A stretch of DNA of 64,000 bases. Origin: Harriotta raleighana (taxonomy: Eukaryota). Position 1 is the first letter of the stretch. Every line of letters begins with the position of its first letter. The DNA is taken from the NCBI GenBank assembly GCA_050575255.1, contig JBNZDD010013634.1:1950280-2014279 (forward strand). The letters run 5' to 3'. Shown here piece after piece: positions 52,672-60,529 of this stretch. Under the pieces are notes generated by a model. That model was given only the letters and a program-made list of their open reading frames with translations. It was not told where the DNA came from and made no database searches. A program made the position numbers and the translations under genes.

Positions 52672-55600
52672 GTATTTCCAGTAGCTACGTTTGTGAAAGA
52701 AGAAGCACCAGCACATAAGGTAGTGAGACATGGAGGGACACCTCCAGCACCTACACGTGACATGGGCAGAGCAAGAGGGCCAAGTTATACCCGTACACAA
52801 GACATGCTCAGATCAAGAGGTCCAAAACCCACACCTACACGTGAGATGGTCGGACCAAGAAGTCCACGTCCAGTCTCTACGCGTGACTTGGTCAGACCAA
52901 GAAGGCCAAGTCCAGCCTCTACACGTGACTTGGTCGGACCGAGAGGTCCAAGTCCAGTCTCTACACATGACTTGGTCACACTAAGAGGGCCAAGTCCAGC
53001 CTCTACACGTGACACTGTCAGACCGAGAGGTCCAAGTCCAGCCTCTATACGTGATACGGTCAGATTACGAGGGCCGAGTCCCGCATTTACACGTGACACG
53101 GTCAGGCCACGAGGGCCAAGTCCCGCCCCTACACGTGACATGGTCAGACCAAGAGAGCCAAGTCCCGCCCTTACACGTGTCGCGGTCAGGCCAAGAGAGC
53201 CAAGTCCCGCCTCTACACGTGACGTGGTCAGACCAAGAGAGCCAAGTCCCGCCCCTACACGTGACGCGGTCAGACCAAGAGAGCCAAGTCCCGCCCCTAC
53301 ACGTGACGCAGTCAGACCAAGAGAGCCAAGTCCCGCCCCTACACGTGACGCAGTCAGACCAAGAGAGCCAAGTCCCGCCTCTACACGTGACGCAGTCAGA
53401 CCAAGAGAGCCAAGTCCCGCCCCTACCTACCAGATGGTCAGACAAAGCAGGGCAAGTACAGCACCTGTGTATCAGATGGCCCAACAAAGCAGGACATATA
53501 CAGCACCCACACCTGATTTGGGCATGAGAGAAGGGACATTTTTGATACCCAGACAGGAGGTACTGATATCAGGATTGGTGGGACAAGCAGGGCCATATCA
53601 AGCACCAAAACCTTTTTTTGGAAGAGAAGCATGGACAGGTCCATTACCTCAGGAAGTGGTAAGGGAAGGTGGGACGGGTCCCGCACCTCGACAAGAGGTA
53701 CTGAGACAAGTAGTGCCATATCAAGTACTAAAACGAGTGGTGGTAACACAACCAGTAAGATTTGCAGGGATGCAACCAGTAAGAGGGGTTCCACTACCTG
53801 TACATGAGGTAATGAGGCCTGGATTAATGAGACCTGGAATGATGATAAATGAAGGATCTTGGCATTCCACAAAATACCCAGTCAGTAGAGAAGCCCCAAA
53901 ACATCCATTGTTGAGGCAAGGAGCTCCAAACCCACCACCAAAACAAGGGTCTATACAAGAAACACTTCTATTGCGAGATGAACCTAGCCGTGCTATACTC
54001 AGAAATGGAGCAATGAATGAGACGGTGACAAATGAACCAATAGATAAGGTGGCACTGGGTGAACCAAGGCTTGAGATGTTTAGGGATGAACCAAGATATC
54101 AGGTTTTGAGAGATGATCCAAAACATGAATTAATGAGACATCAATCAAGAAATGAGGTGTTGAAAGATGAACCAAAACATGGGGAGGGAAGAGAAGCAAA
54201 GACGATTCAACCACATGAACCCAAGGTTCCAATAGAAGAAATGACGTGTCCAACACACAATCATGACATGGTGACTGAAAAAAAAGCTTTTGAAGCACAT
54301 AAGAATCAGGTAGTCAAAAAAACAGGAAAATATCCAACCCTTACCCATGAGGTGGTGCCTGAGGTAAAGAGCTGTTTAGTACATAAACGTGAAGAGGACA
54401 CAGAAACACAGAGATGTCAAGCACATCAACGTGAAGTGATGCCAGAAGCAGGCAAATGTCCAAGGCATCACCGTGAAGGGATAATAAAAGCAGGGAAATG
54501 TCCAACACATAACCGTGAGATGGTGACAGAGACAGAGACCTATGCAGCACATAAACGTGAAACGGTAACAGATACAGAGAAGTGTCCCAAACATAACCGG
54601 GAGCTGGTAATAGAAGCAGGGAGATGTTTGGCACATAAACGTGAGGTGGTGACTGAAACAGGGAGCTGTTTGGCACATGAAGTTATGGAAGAAGCAAATA
54701 AGTATCCAGCACATAAAGCTGAGATTGTGGAAGAAGCAAAGGGATCTTCAACGCATAACCATGAGGTGGTGACAGAAGCAGAAACATCTCTAAGTTATCG
54801 TGAACCAATGACTGAAGCAGACCTTTTTCCAACATATAAACCTGAGGTTGTGACCGATAAAGAGATCTCTCCAATATATGAGATAGTGACAGAAGTAGAG
54901 ACCTCTCCAATACACAAAGCTGAAGTTGTGATCAAGCAAGAAATATATCTAAAACATAAACCTGAGATGGTAACAGAAGTGGAGATATATCCAAAAGATG
55001 AACCTGAAGTTGTGACCAATCAAGAAATAACTCCAATACCACATGAACCTGGGGTTTTGATCGATCAAGTGATATCTTCAGCATCTGAACCTGAGATGAT
55101 GGCAGATAAAGAGGCATATCCAACACGTGAACCTGAAATAGTGACAGAAGCAATATCCTCAGCATATGAACCTGACGTTGTGATCGATAAAGAGACATCT
55201 CCAACACAAAAATTGGAGATGGTTACAGAACTGGATACAGGCCCGACAAGTAAAACTGAGGTGGTCACAGAAGCAAAGACATCTCCAATACAAAAATCTG
55301 AGATAATGACTGAAGAGACTAGTCCCACACATAAATGTGAAGTGGTGATGGAAAAAGAGACCTCTCCAACACAAAATCCTGAGGCGGTGACTGAAGAGAC
55401 ATGCCCTATGCATACACCTCAGCCTGTGATCAAAGGGACATGTTCTGCACATGAAGCAGAATTGGTGATAAACAAGACCTATTCAACGTATACACCTGAG
55501 CCTGTGATCAAAGAGACATACTCTTCACATGAACCTGAGTTGGGGATCAAAGACACATGTCCTATGCATAAATCCGAGCCTGTGATCAAAGAGACATGTT

Positions 55601-58173
55601 CTGCACATGAACCAGAATTGGTGATAAACGAAACCTACTCAATGTATACACCTGAACCTGTGATCAAAGAGACATACTCTGCACATGAACCTGAGTTGGG
55701 GATCAAAGAGACATGTTCTTTGCATCAACCTGAACTTGTGATCAAAGGGACATGTTCTGCACACGAACCTGAGTTGGGGATCAAAGAGACATGTTCTTTC
55801 CATCAACCTGAACCTGTGATCAAAGGGACATGTTCTGCTCATGAACCTGAGTTAGTGATAAAAGGGATGTCTTCTGTACATAAACCTGAACTGGAGGCAA
55901 ACCTAGAGACATCTCTAGCAGACAAACCTGAGGTGGTAACAGATGAGACATCTCCCACACATGAACCTAAACAGGTGGTCATCGATGAACAGGCATTTCC
56001 AACACATGAACCCGAGATGGTGACAGATGAAGACATATCTCCAGCACACACACCTGAGGTGGTGACAGAAGAATACACATTTCCATCACACACACCTGAG
56101 GTGGTGACAAATGAAGAAATATTTCCAATACACAAGCCTGAGGTGGTGACAGAAGAAGACTTATTTCCACCACACACACCGGAGGTGGTGACCGATGGAG
56201 AGATATTTCCAATACACAAGCCTGAGGTGGTGACAGGTGTAGACACATCTCAAACAACTAAACCTAAAACAGGATTAGATCCGCCAAAACATTTGGTGGT
56301 AAGAAAGATACCAAAAGATACGTTGGCCACAGAAGGGCCAGTATCAAAAAATGTGGCAAGAGGAACAAAAACAAAAAATACACTGGAGGCACAAGCAACA
56401 ATGAAAGTGGTGAGAGGGCAATCACCAATGTATGCTAAAGGAGAAAGGATACAAAAATATGCATTAAGACTTCCATTACCAAAAACTGAAATTGGAGGAC
56501 AAGTGGTGAGTAATGTGATGAGAGGGCCATCACCAAAATGTACAGTGAGAGGGCAAGCTCCAAAATTTCCAGTGAGAGGACCATCACCAAAAACTGGAGT
56601 AGAGGGACAAGTGGTCAATAAGGTATTGAGAGCACCATCACTGAAACCTGGAGAAGACGGACAAGTGATGAGTAATGTAGTGAGAGAGCCATCAGCCAAA
56701 TCTGGAGTAGATGGACAAGTGGTGAATAATGTAGTGGGAGCACCATCATCAAAACCTGAAGAAGCAGGAAAAGTGGTGAGTAATGTAGTGAGACCACCAT
56801 CACCAAAACCTGGAGTGGGAGGACACACATCAAAATATGGAGTGAAGGGACCGTCACCAAAACTTGCAGGCAGAGGACAAGTGGCAGATAACGCAGTGAG
56901 GGGAACATCACCAAAAAATTTAGTGAGAGGACAATCACCAAAAAGTACAATGGTGAAAGAAGTACTTAAACCTGACATTGGAGGAAAAGCACCAACACAT
57001 CTGGGGAAAACAGACACAGTTATCCACTCAGAACTGATAAATGCACTAAAACAAGCTGAACTGAGAGATGCACAACAACATGCAGAGCTGAGAGAGCTGA
57101 GAGAAGCGTTGAAACAGGCAACTGAGAGAGATGTACCAAAATATGAGATGGAAAGACAAGCACCAAAACGTGCTGAAGAGAAAGAAGTGGCTAAAATTCC
57201 AATCGCGGAAGAAGCACCAAAGAAAGCGGTGGTCACAGAAGTGCCTAAACCTGTGTTGGGAGAAGCACTAAGACATCCAGTGTTGAGATATGGAACAAAA
57301 CCACTTAAGGTGTCTAAACCACCAGTGAGTGAAGCAACAAAACATGTGCTGGTGAGAGATGAGCCCAAATCACCATTGGTAAGAGATGTGCCCAAATCAC
57401 CATTGGTGAGAGATGAGCCCAAATCACCATTGGTGAGAGATGAATCTAAGCCATTAGTGGGAGACACATCAACAGAAGGAGTGATGAGAAATGAGTCAAA
57501 ATATGTGGTCGGAGTAGAAGAGATGCAGTCACATCCATCATCTGAACATAGGGCAGAGATGGTTCCAGCACATAAACATTCTGTAATGACCGAAGCAGAG
57601 ATATGTCAAGCACTCAGATATGGTTTCATAACAGAAGCAGATATCTACTCAGCCCATAAACATGGTTTGATAACAGACACAGTGATATGTTCGGGACATA
57701 AACATGGTTTGGTGAAAGAAGCCACAATACATCCACCATCAGAACATAATGTTGTGATAGAACCAGAAGAGACAAATCCGGTATCAGAAGATGAAGTAAT
57801 GGGTCAAGAGGAGACATTTCCACCATCAGAAGATGAGATGATAAGGCAACAAGAGATACAACCACCATCAGAAGAAGGAGTGATAGGGCGAGAAGAGATG
57901 GAACCATCATCAATTGATGAGGTGCTGGGACTAAAAGAGTCACGTCCACCATCAGAACATGAGTTGCTGGGACAAAAAGAGTCACTTCCACCACCTAAGG
58001 TGTTAGGACAAAGAAAGGTGACATATTCTACTCCAGAATATGAGGTTTTAAGACGGGAAAAGATCTATTCAGCACCGGAGGATGAGGTGATAGGACAAGA
58101 TAATAAATACATACTTAGAAATAAATATGCTTTAGGTTTAAAAGAGAGAGGAAATGTCTATGTTGGGAATTAA
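52489..58173 (+). CDS. AKIP1: AKIP1 first coding exon continuing as a 1894-aa uninterrupted ORF (AKIP1 N-terminus plus giant tandem-repeat extension)
   Basis: Acceptor tctctctcag/cag (NAGNAG, 52472-52477) and strong Kozak aacATGG at 52489. N-terminus SLKCSAQLGLEVLRRAQQRQTRW matches human AKIP1 SLQRSARLALEVLERAKRRAVDW (recalled). Stop-free for 5685 nt, all repeat units are multiples of 3, and no SINE insertions are seen. Confidence 0.85.
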   Translation: MDNESSHIEYSLKCSAQLGLEVLRRAQQRQTRWSVGDPSCSTTVGAESSAVRDETAGQAAEVFPVATFVKEEAPAHKVVRHGGTPPAPTRDMGRARGPSYTRTQDMLRSRGPKPTPTREMVGPRSPRPVSTRDLVRPRRPSPASTRDLVGPRGPSPVSTHDLVTLRGPSPASTRDTVRPRGPSPASIRDTVRLRGPSPAFTRDTVRPRGPSPAPTRDMVRPREPSPALTRVAVRPREPSPASTRDVVRPREPSPAPTRDAVRPREPSPAPTRDAVRPREPSPAPTRDAVRPREPSPASTRDAVRPREPSPAPTYQMVRQSRASTAPVYQMAQQSRTYTAPTPDLGMREGTFLIPRQEVLISGLVGQAGPYQAPKPFFGREAWTGPLPQEVVREGGTGPAPRQEVLRQVVPYQVLKRVVVTQPVRFAGMQPVRGVPLPVHEVMRPGLMRPGMMINEGSWHSTKYPVSREAPKHPLLRQGAPNPPPKQGSIQETLLLRDEPSRAILRNGAMNETVTNEPIDKVALGEPRLEMFRDEPRYQVLRDDPKHELMRHQSRNEVLKDEPKHGEGREAKTIQPHEPKVPIEEMTCPTHNHDMVTEKKAFEAHKNQVVKKTGKYPTLTHEVVPEVKSCLVHKREEDTETQRCQAHQREVMPEAGKCPRHHREGIIKAGKCPTHNREMVTETETYAAHKRETVTDTEKCPKHNRELVIEAGRCLAHKREVVTETGSCLAHEVMEEANKYPAHKAEIVEEAKGSSTHNHEVVTEAETSLSYREPMTEADLFPTYKPEVVTDKEISPIYEIVTEVETSPIHKAEVVIKQEIYLKHKPEMVTEVEIYPKDEPEVVTNQEITPIPHEPGVLIDQVISSASEPEMMADKEAYPTREPEIVTEAISSAYEPDVVIDKETSPTQKLEMVTELDTGPTSKTEVVTEAKTSPIQKSEIMTEETSPTHKCEVVMEKETSPTQNPEAVTEETCPMHTPQPVIKGTCSAHEAELVINKTYSTYTPEPVIKETYSSHEPELGIKDTCPMHKSEPVIKETCSAHEPELVINETYSMYTPEPVIKETYSAHEPELGIKETCSLHQPELVIKGTCSAHEPELGIKETCSFHQPEPVIKGTCSAHEPELVIKGMSSVHKPELEANLETSLADKPEVVTDETSPTHEPKQVVIDEQAFPTHEPEMVTDEDISPAHTPEVVTEEYTFPSHTPEVVTNEEIFPIHKPEVVTEEDLFPPHTPEVVTDGEIFPIHKPEVVTGVDTSQTTKPKTGLDPPKHLVVRKIPKDTLATEGPVSKNVARGTKTKNTLEAQATMKVVRGQSPMYAKGERIQKYALRLPLPKTEIGGQVVSNVMRGPSPKCTVRGQAPKFPVRGPSPKTGVEGQVVNKVLRAPSLKPGEDGQVMSNVVREPSAKSGVDGQVVNNVVGAPSSKPEEAGKVVSNVVRPPSPKPGVGGHTSKYGVKGPSPKLAGRGQVADNAVRGTSPKNLVRGQSPKSTMVKEVLKPDIGGKAPTHLGKTDTVIHSELINALKQAELRDAQQHAELRELREALKQATERDVPKYEMERQAPKRAEEKEVAKIPIAEEAPKKAVVTEVPKPVLGEALRHPVLRYGTKPLKVSKPPVSEATKHVLVRDEPKSPLVRDVPKSPLVRDEPKSPLVRDESKPLVGDTSTEGVMRNESKYVVGVEEMQSHPSSEHRAEMVPAHKHSVMTEAEICQALRYGFITEADIYSAHKHGLITDTVICSGHKHGLVKEATIHPPSEHNVVIEPEETNPVSEDEVMGQEETFPPSEDEMIRQQEIQPPSEEGVIGREEMEPSSIDEVLGLKESRPPSEHELLGQKESLPPPKVLGQRKVTYSTPEYEVLRREKIYSAPEDEVIGQDNKYILRNKYALGLKERGNVYVGN
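52730..53440 (+). repeat. 42-bp coding minisatellite, about 17 units (PSPAPTRDAVRPRE)
   Basis: Unit ccaagtcccgcccctacacgtgacgcagtcagaccaagagag, near-identical over 53140-53430. Confidence 0.95.
55395..55890 (+). repeat. 39-bp coding minisatellite (ETCSAHEPELVIK)
   Basis: Recurring gtgatcaaagagacatgttctgcacatgaacctga. Confidence 0.9.
57349..57460 (+). repeat. 27-bp coding repeat (LVRDEPKSP) x about 4
   Basis: ggtgagagatgagcccaaatcaccatt units. Confidence 0.9.
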
Positions 58174-58885
58174 ACTAGGATTCAATAGTGCAGTTTGGGA
58201 GGGCGGGGGCGAGATGGTTATTTGATTATGTTTGGGGGTACAAGGGAAAACCTAGTCAATGCACTATATCCTAAGTCAATGGACCCCACTAGCTCCTCTG
58301 AAAATCACGGTCTACTTTGAGTATATTTTATTTACATTCTGTTTTCATGTGGAATTGATCATTGATAGATTAAAATCCCAAACTGACTAACGAAAGCACC
58401 TCACTAAAAATACAAAAGTCAGCCTGTCTTTGACTATACATAATAGTGAGGAAACACTGAACTTCCCCCAGATTGTGTTGAATGATATAGAACACACAAA
58501 AAAAATTCTATCTGAGGAAGGAATGGACTTGAATGACTTTTCTCAGTAATGTACTATGTTGTACTCTGTGATGCTGCCCCTTGTGAAGGGCACTCTGTAA
58601 ATGCAAGCTGCTTTTGCGTTATGTATTTATTTGCTGTATAACTTTAGTATTGGTTAATTTTACTAAATTATTTTAATTCTACTCCATACCTCTCACTAAT
58701 AATATGATATTTGATAAATTGTTTGATGAATACTTTTTTGGGGAAATTGAAATGTTTGACTGTAACTTGCTGACGAACAAGCACATGTCAGGGAGTTAGC
58801 TCCCTGGCCAGTTTCTTAATGGCTCTGAACACTTAATTGTGAAGCTGCATAAGGGCCTCTAATAGTTTATTTCTTTTTTTGACAG

Positions 58886-58957
58886 GGTAAAAAAATCTTT
58901 GATGAAGCGTTTGCTTCAATGCTGCAGTTCATGGCTCAAACAACCAAACTGTGCCAG
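58886..58957 (+). CDS. AKIP1: AKIP1 internal exon (GKKIFDEAFASMLQFMAQTTKLCQ)
   Basis: Acceptor ttctttttttgacag, donor CAG|gtgagt, 72 nt, phase 0/0. Resembles human SASFRTMAEFMDYTSSQCG. Confidence 0.92.
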
Positions 58958-59263
58958 GTGAGTCTTGCAGTTACCAGCATCGGTACAGTATTAGCCACAT
59001 TTATTTGTTGACCAAATGCTTAAATTGTCATTACATGTACTCTGTCCTGAATCGGTGCAGGTACAGACTAGAGGCATGGTGTGGCAGAGACTATATAGAT
59101 TATATTTTAAATTGATCAACTGTAGGAGCTGGTGACAGGATTGCAACAGCAGAGTGCACTGCCTCCAGTGAGTTGGATGTGATTGATATGTTAATACAGT
59201 ACATGTGCTTGCTGTAATAATCACAACCCTTACTGCAGTATTCCTGTACCTTTCATTTTACAG

Positions 59264-59374
59264 CGGTACTGTGACAACTTGCCAGCTTCAAGTCGAAGCA
59301 AGTGGGAGGAAAATCATATTCGTAGGTACCATATGGATGAGTTTGCTCCATCTGTGAGACCGTCCAGACAGCCT
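59264..59374 (+). CDS. AKIP1: AKIP1 internal exon copy a (RYCDNLPASSRSKWEENHIRRYHMDEFAPSVRPSRQP)
   Basis: Acceptor tttcattttacag, donor CCT|gtgagt, 111 nt, phase 0/0. HIRRYH resembles human HVYRYH. Confidence 0.88.
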
Positions 59375-59993
59375 GTGAGTAACCGTTGGGGAAGCATTAT
59401 GGTCTGGGAAGCGAGCAGAAATGAACTCTGTGCTGTCACTGTGCTAATTCAACCTGTAAGTGCCTTTATGTTTAAAAAAAAATGCCAGATGTAAAAAAAA
59501 ACATACTTACACATTATCATATCTTGGGATTAATTCTTGCCTTAATTCATCATCTCAAAATACACAAACCAGTATCACCACCTGTACTTCAAAACTGAGC
59601 GAAATGTTTATTGGACAATGAAAGATCGCACAGTGTGGCAGAGCCAGGTCCAGCTAAATTAACAAAAAAAAACAGGTGAACAAACAATGGCTTATTGCCC
59701 TTGTTCGAGGCAGGAGGCCAAGTGGATTGCTGGAAAGACAGGCGGTACAGGAGATATGGCTCGTACTCTGTTTCTGTCATTCACCCGAGCTGCCTCCTGC
59801 AGCCTGTTGTGTCTGCGTGATGAGTGACAACAAGAAATTATATTAGGATGAGCCAACTAGGAGAGCTGGAGAAGAATTGAAACACCAGAGTCTTCTGGTG
59901 AGCTGGATGTGAATGATGTGTTAATATAGTACATGCGTATGCTATAATAATTACAACCCTTACTGAAATAATCCTGTACCTCTCATTTTACAG

Positions 59994-60098
59994 CAGTACC
60001 TTAACAGCAAACCAGCTTCTAGTCAAAGCAAGTGGGAGGAAAACCATATTCGTCAGTACCAAATGCGTGAGACTGCTCCATCAGTATCCAGACAGCCT
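59994..60098 (+). CDS. AKIP1: AKIP1 internal exon copy b, tandem duplicate (QYLNSKPASSQSKWEENHIRQYQMRETAPSVSRQP)
   Basis: Acceptor ctcattttacag, donor CCT|gtgagt, 105 nt, phase 0/0, open frame. Paralogous to 59264-59374 including intronic flanks. Confidence 0.72.
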
Positions 60099-60345
60099 GT
60101 GAGTAACATATGGGATGGTGTTATGGTCTGGATAGAGAGCAGAAACCAACTCTGCTGTCATTATGCTTACTTTATCCATTGCAAATGGAATAAATTATTC
60201 TTATTCTTATTGGTATTTATATGCTGAGGGAAAAGAAAATAGCACTTTACAGAATGTACGAGAAAGGGAATTGGGGCGAAACTAAGGGTCCAATAGCCTG
60301 CCTTTGGTGATCATCTCTCTCTTTCTCTATCTTTGCAACAAACAG

Positions 60346-60489
60346 ATTAATTGCACTGAGGAGATTCACATTGAAGTGGCTCCTGGCTCTTACAAGGTCA
60401 CAGCAAGCTCGAAACAATCTGACAGACAGCAGACACACGTGATAAATCTCAGGCCAGGCCAGACCATCGACCTTACCTTTACAACATGA
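60346..60489 (+). CDS. AKIP1: AKIP1 last coding exon ([47 protein letters not shown])
   Basis: Pyrimidine tract followed by aacag acceptor. Resembles the human C-terminus LYIEVYPGTYSVTVGS...THVVAVDSGQSVDLVF. TGA at 60487-60489. Confidence 0.93.
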   Translation: MNCTEEIHIEVAPGSYKVTASSKQSDRQQTHVINLRPGQTIDLTFTT

Positions 60490-60523
60490 AGTGTGCATGG
60501 TACAGTGGTGATGGGCATGTGGC

Positions 60524-60529
60524 AATAAA
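60524..60529 (+). terminator. Polyadenylation signal AATAAA for AKIP1 (a second one at 61011-61016)
   Basis: Canonical hexamer 35 nt after the stop codon. Confidence 0.55.

Noticed and set aside
52730-53440. Regularly spaced repeats resembling a CRISPR array
   Set aside because: No unique spacers, eukaryotic context, and the units are an in-frame coding minisatellite.
56250-57467. 405-aa antisense ORF and other overlapping ORFs across 52.5-58 kb
   Set aside because: Shadow frames of the A-rich repetitive sense ORF, with low-complexity translations and no independent splice or promoter support.
52489-58173. Giant ORF as a transposon or endogenous viral gene
   Set aside because: No RT, integrase, transposase or capsid motifs, no TIR/LTR/TSD, and it starts with the host AKIP1 N-terminus.
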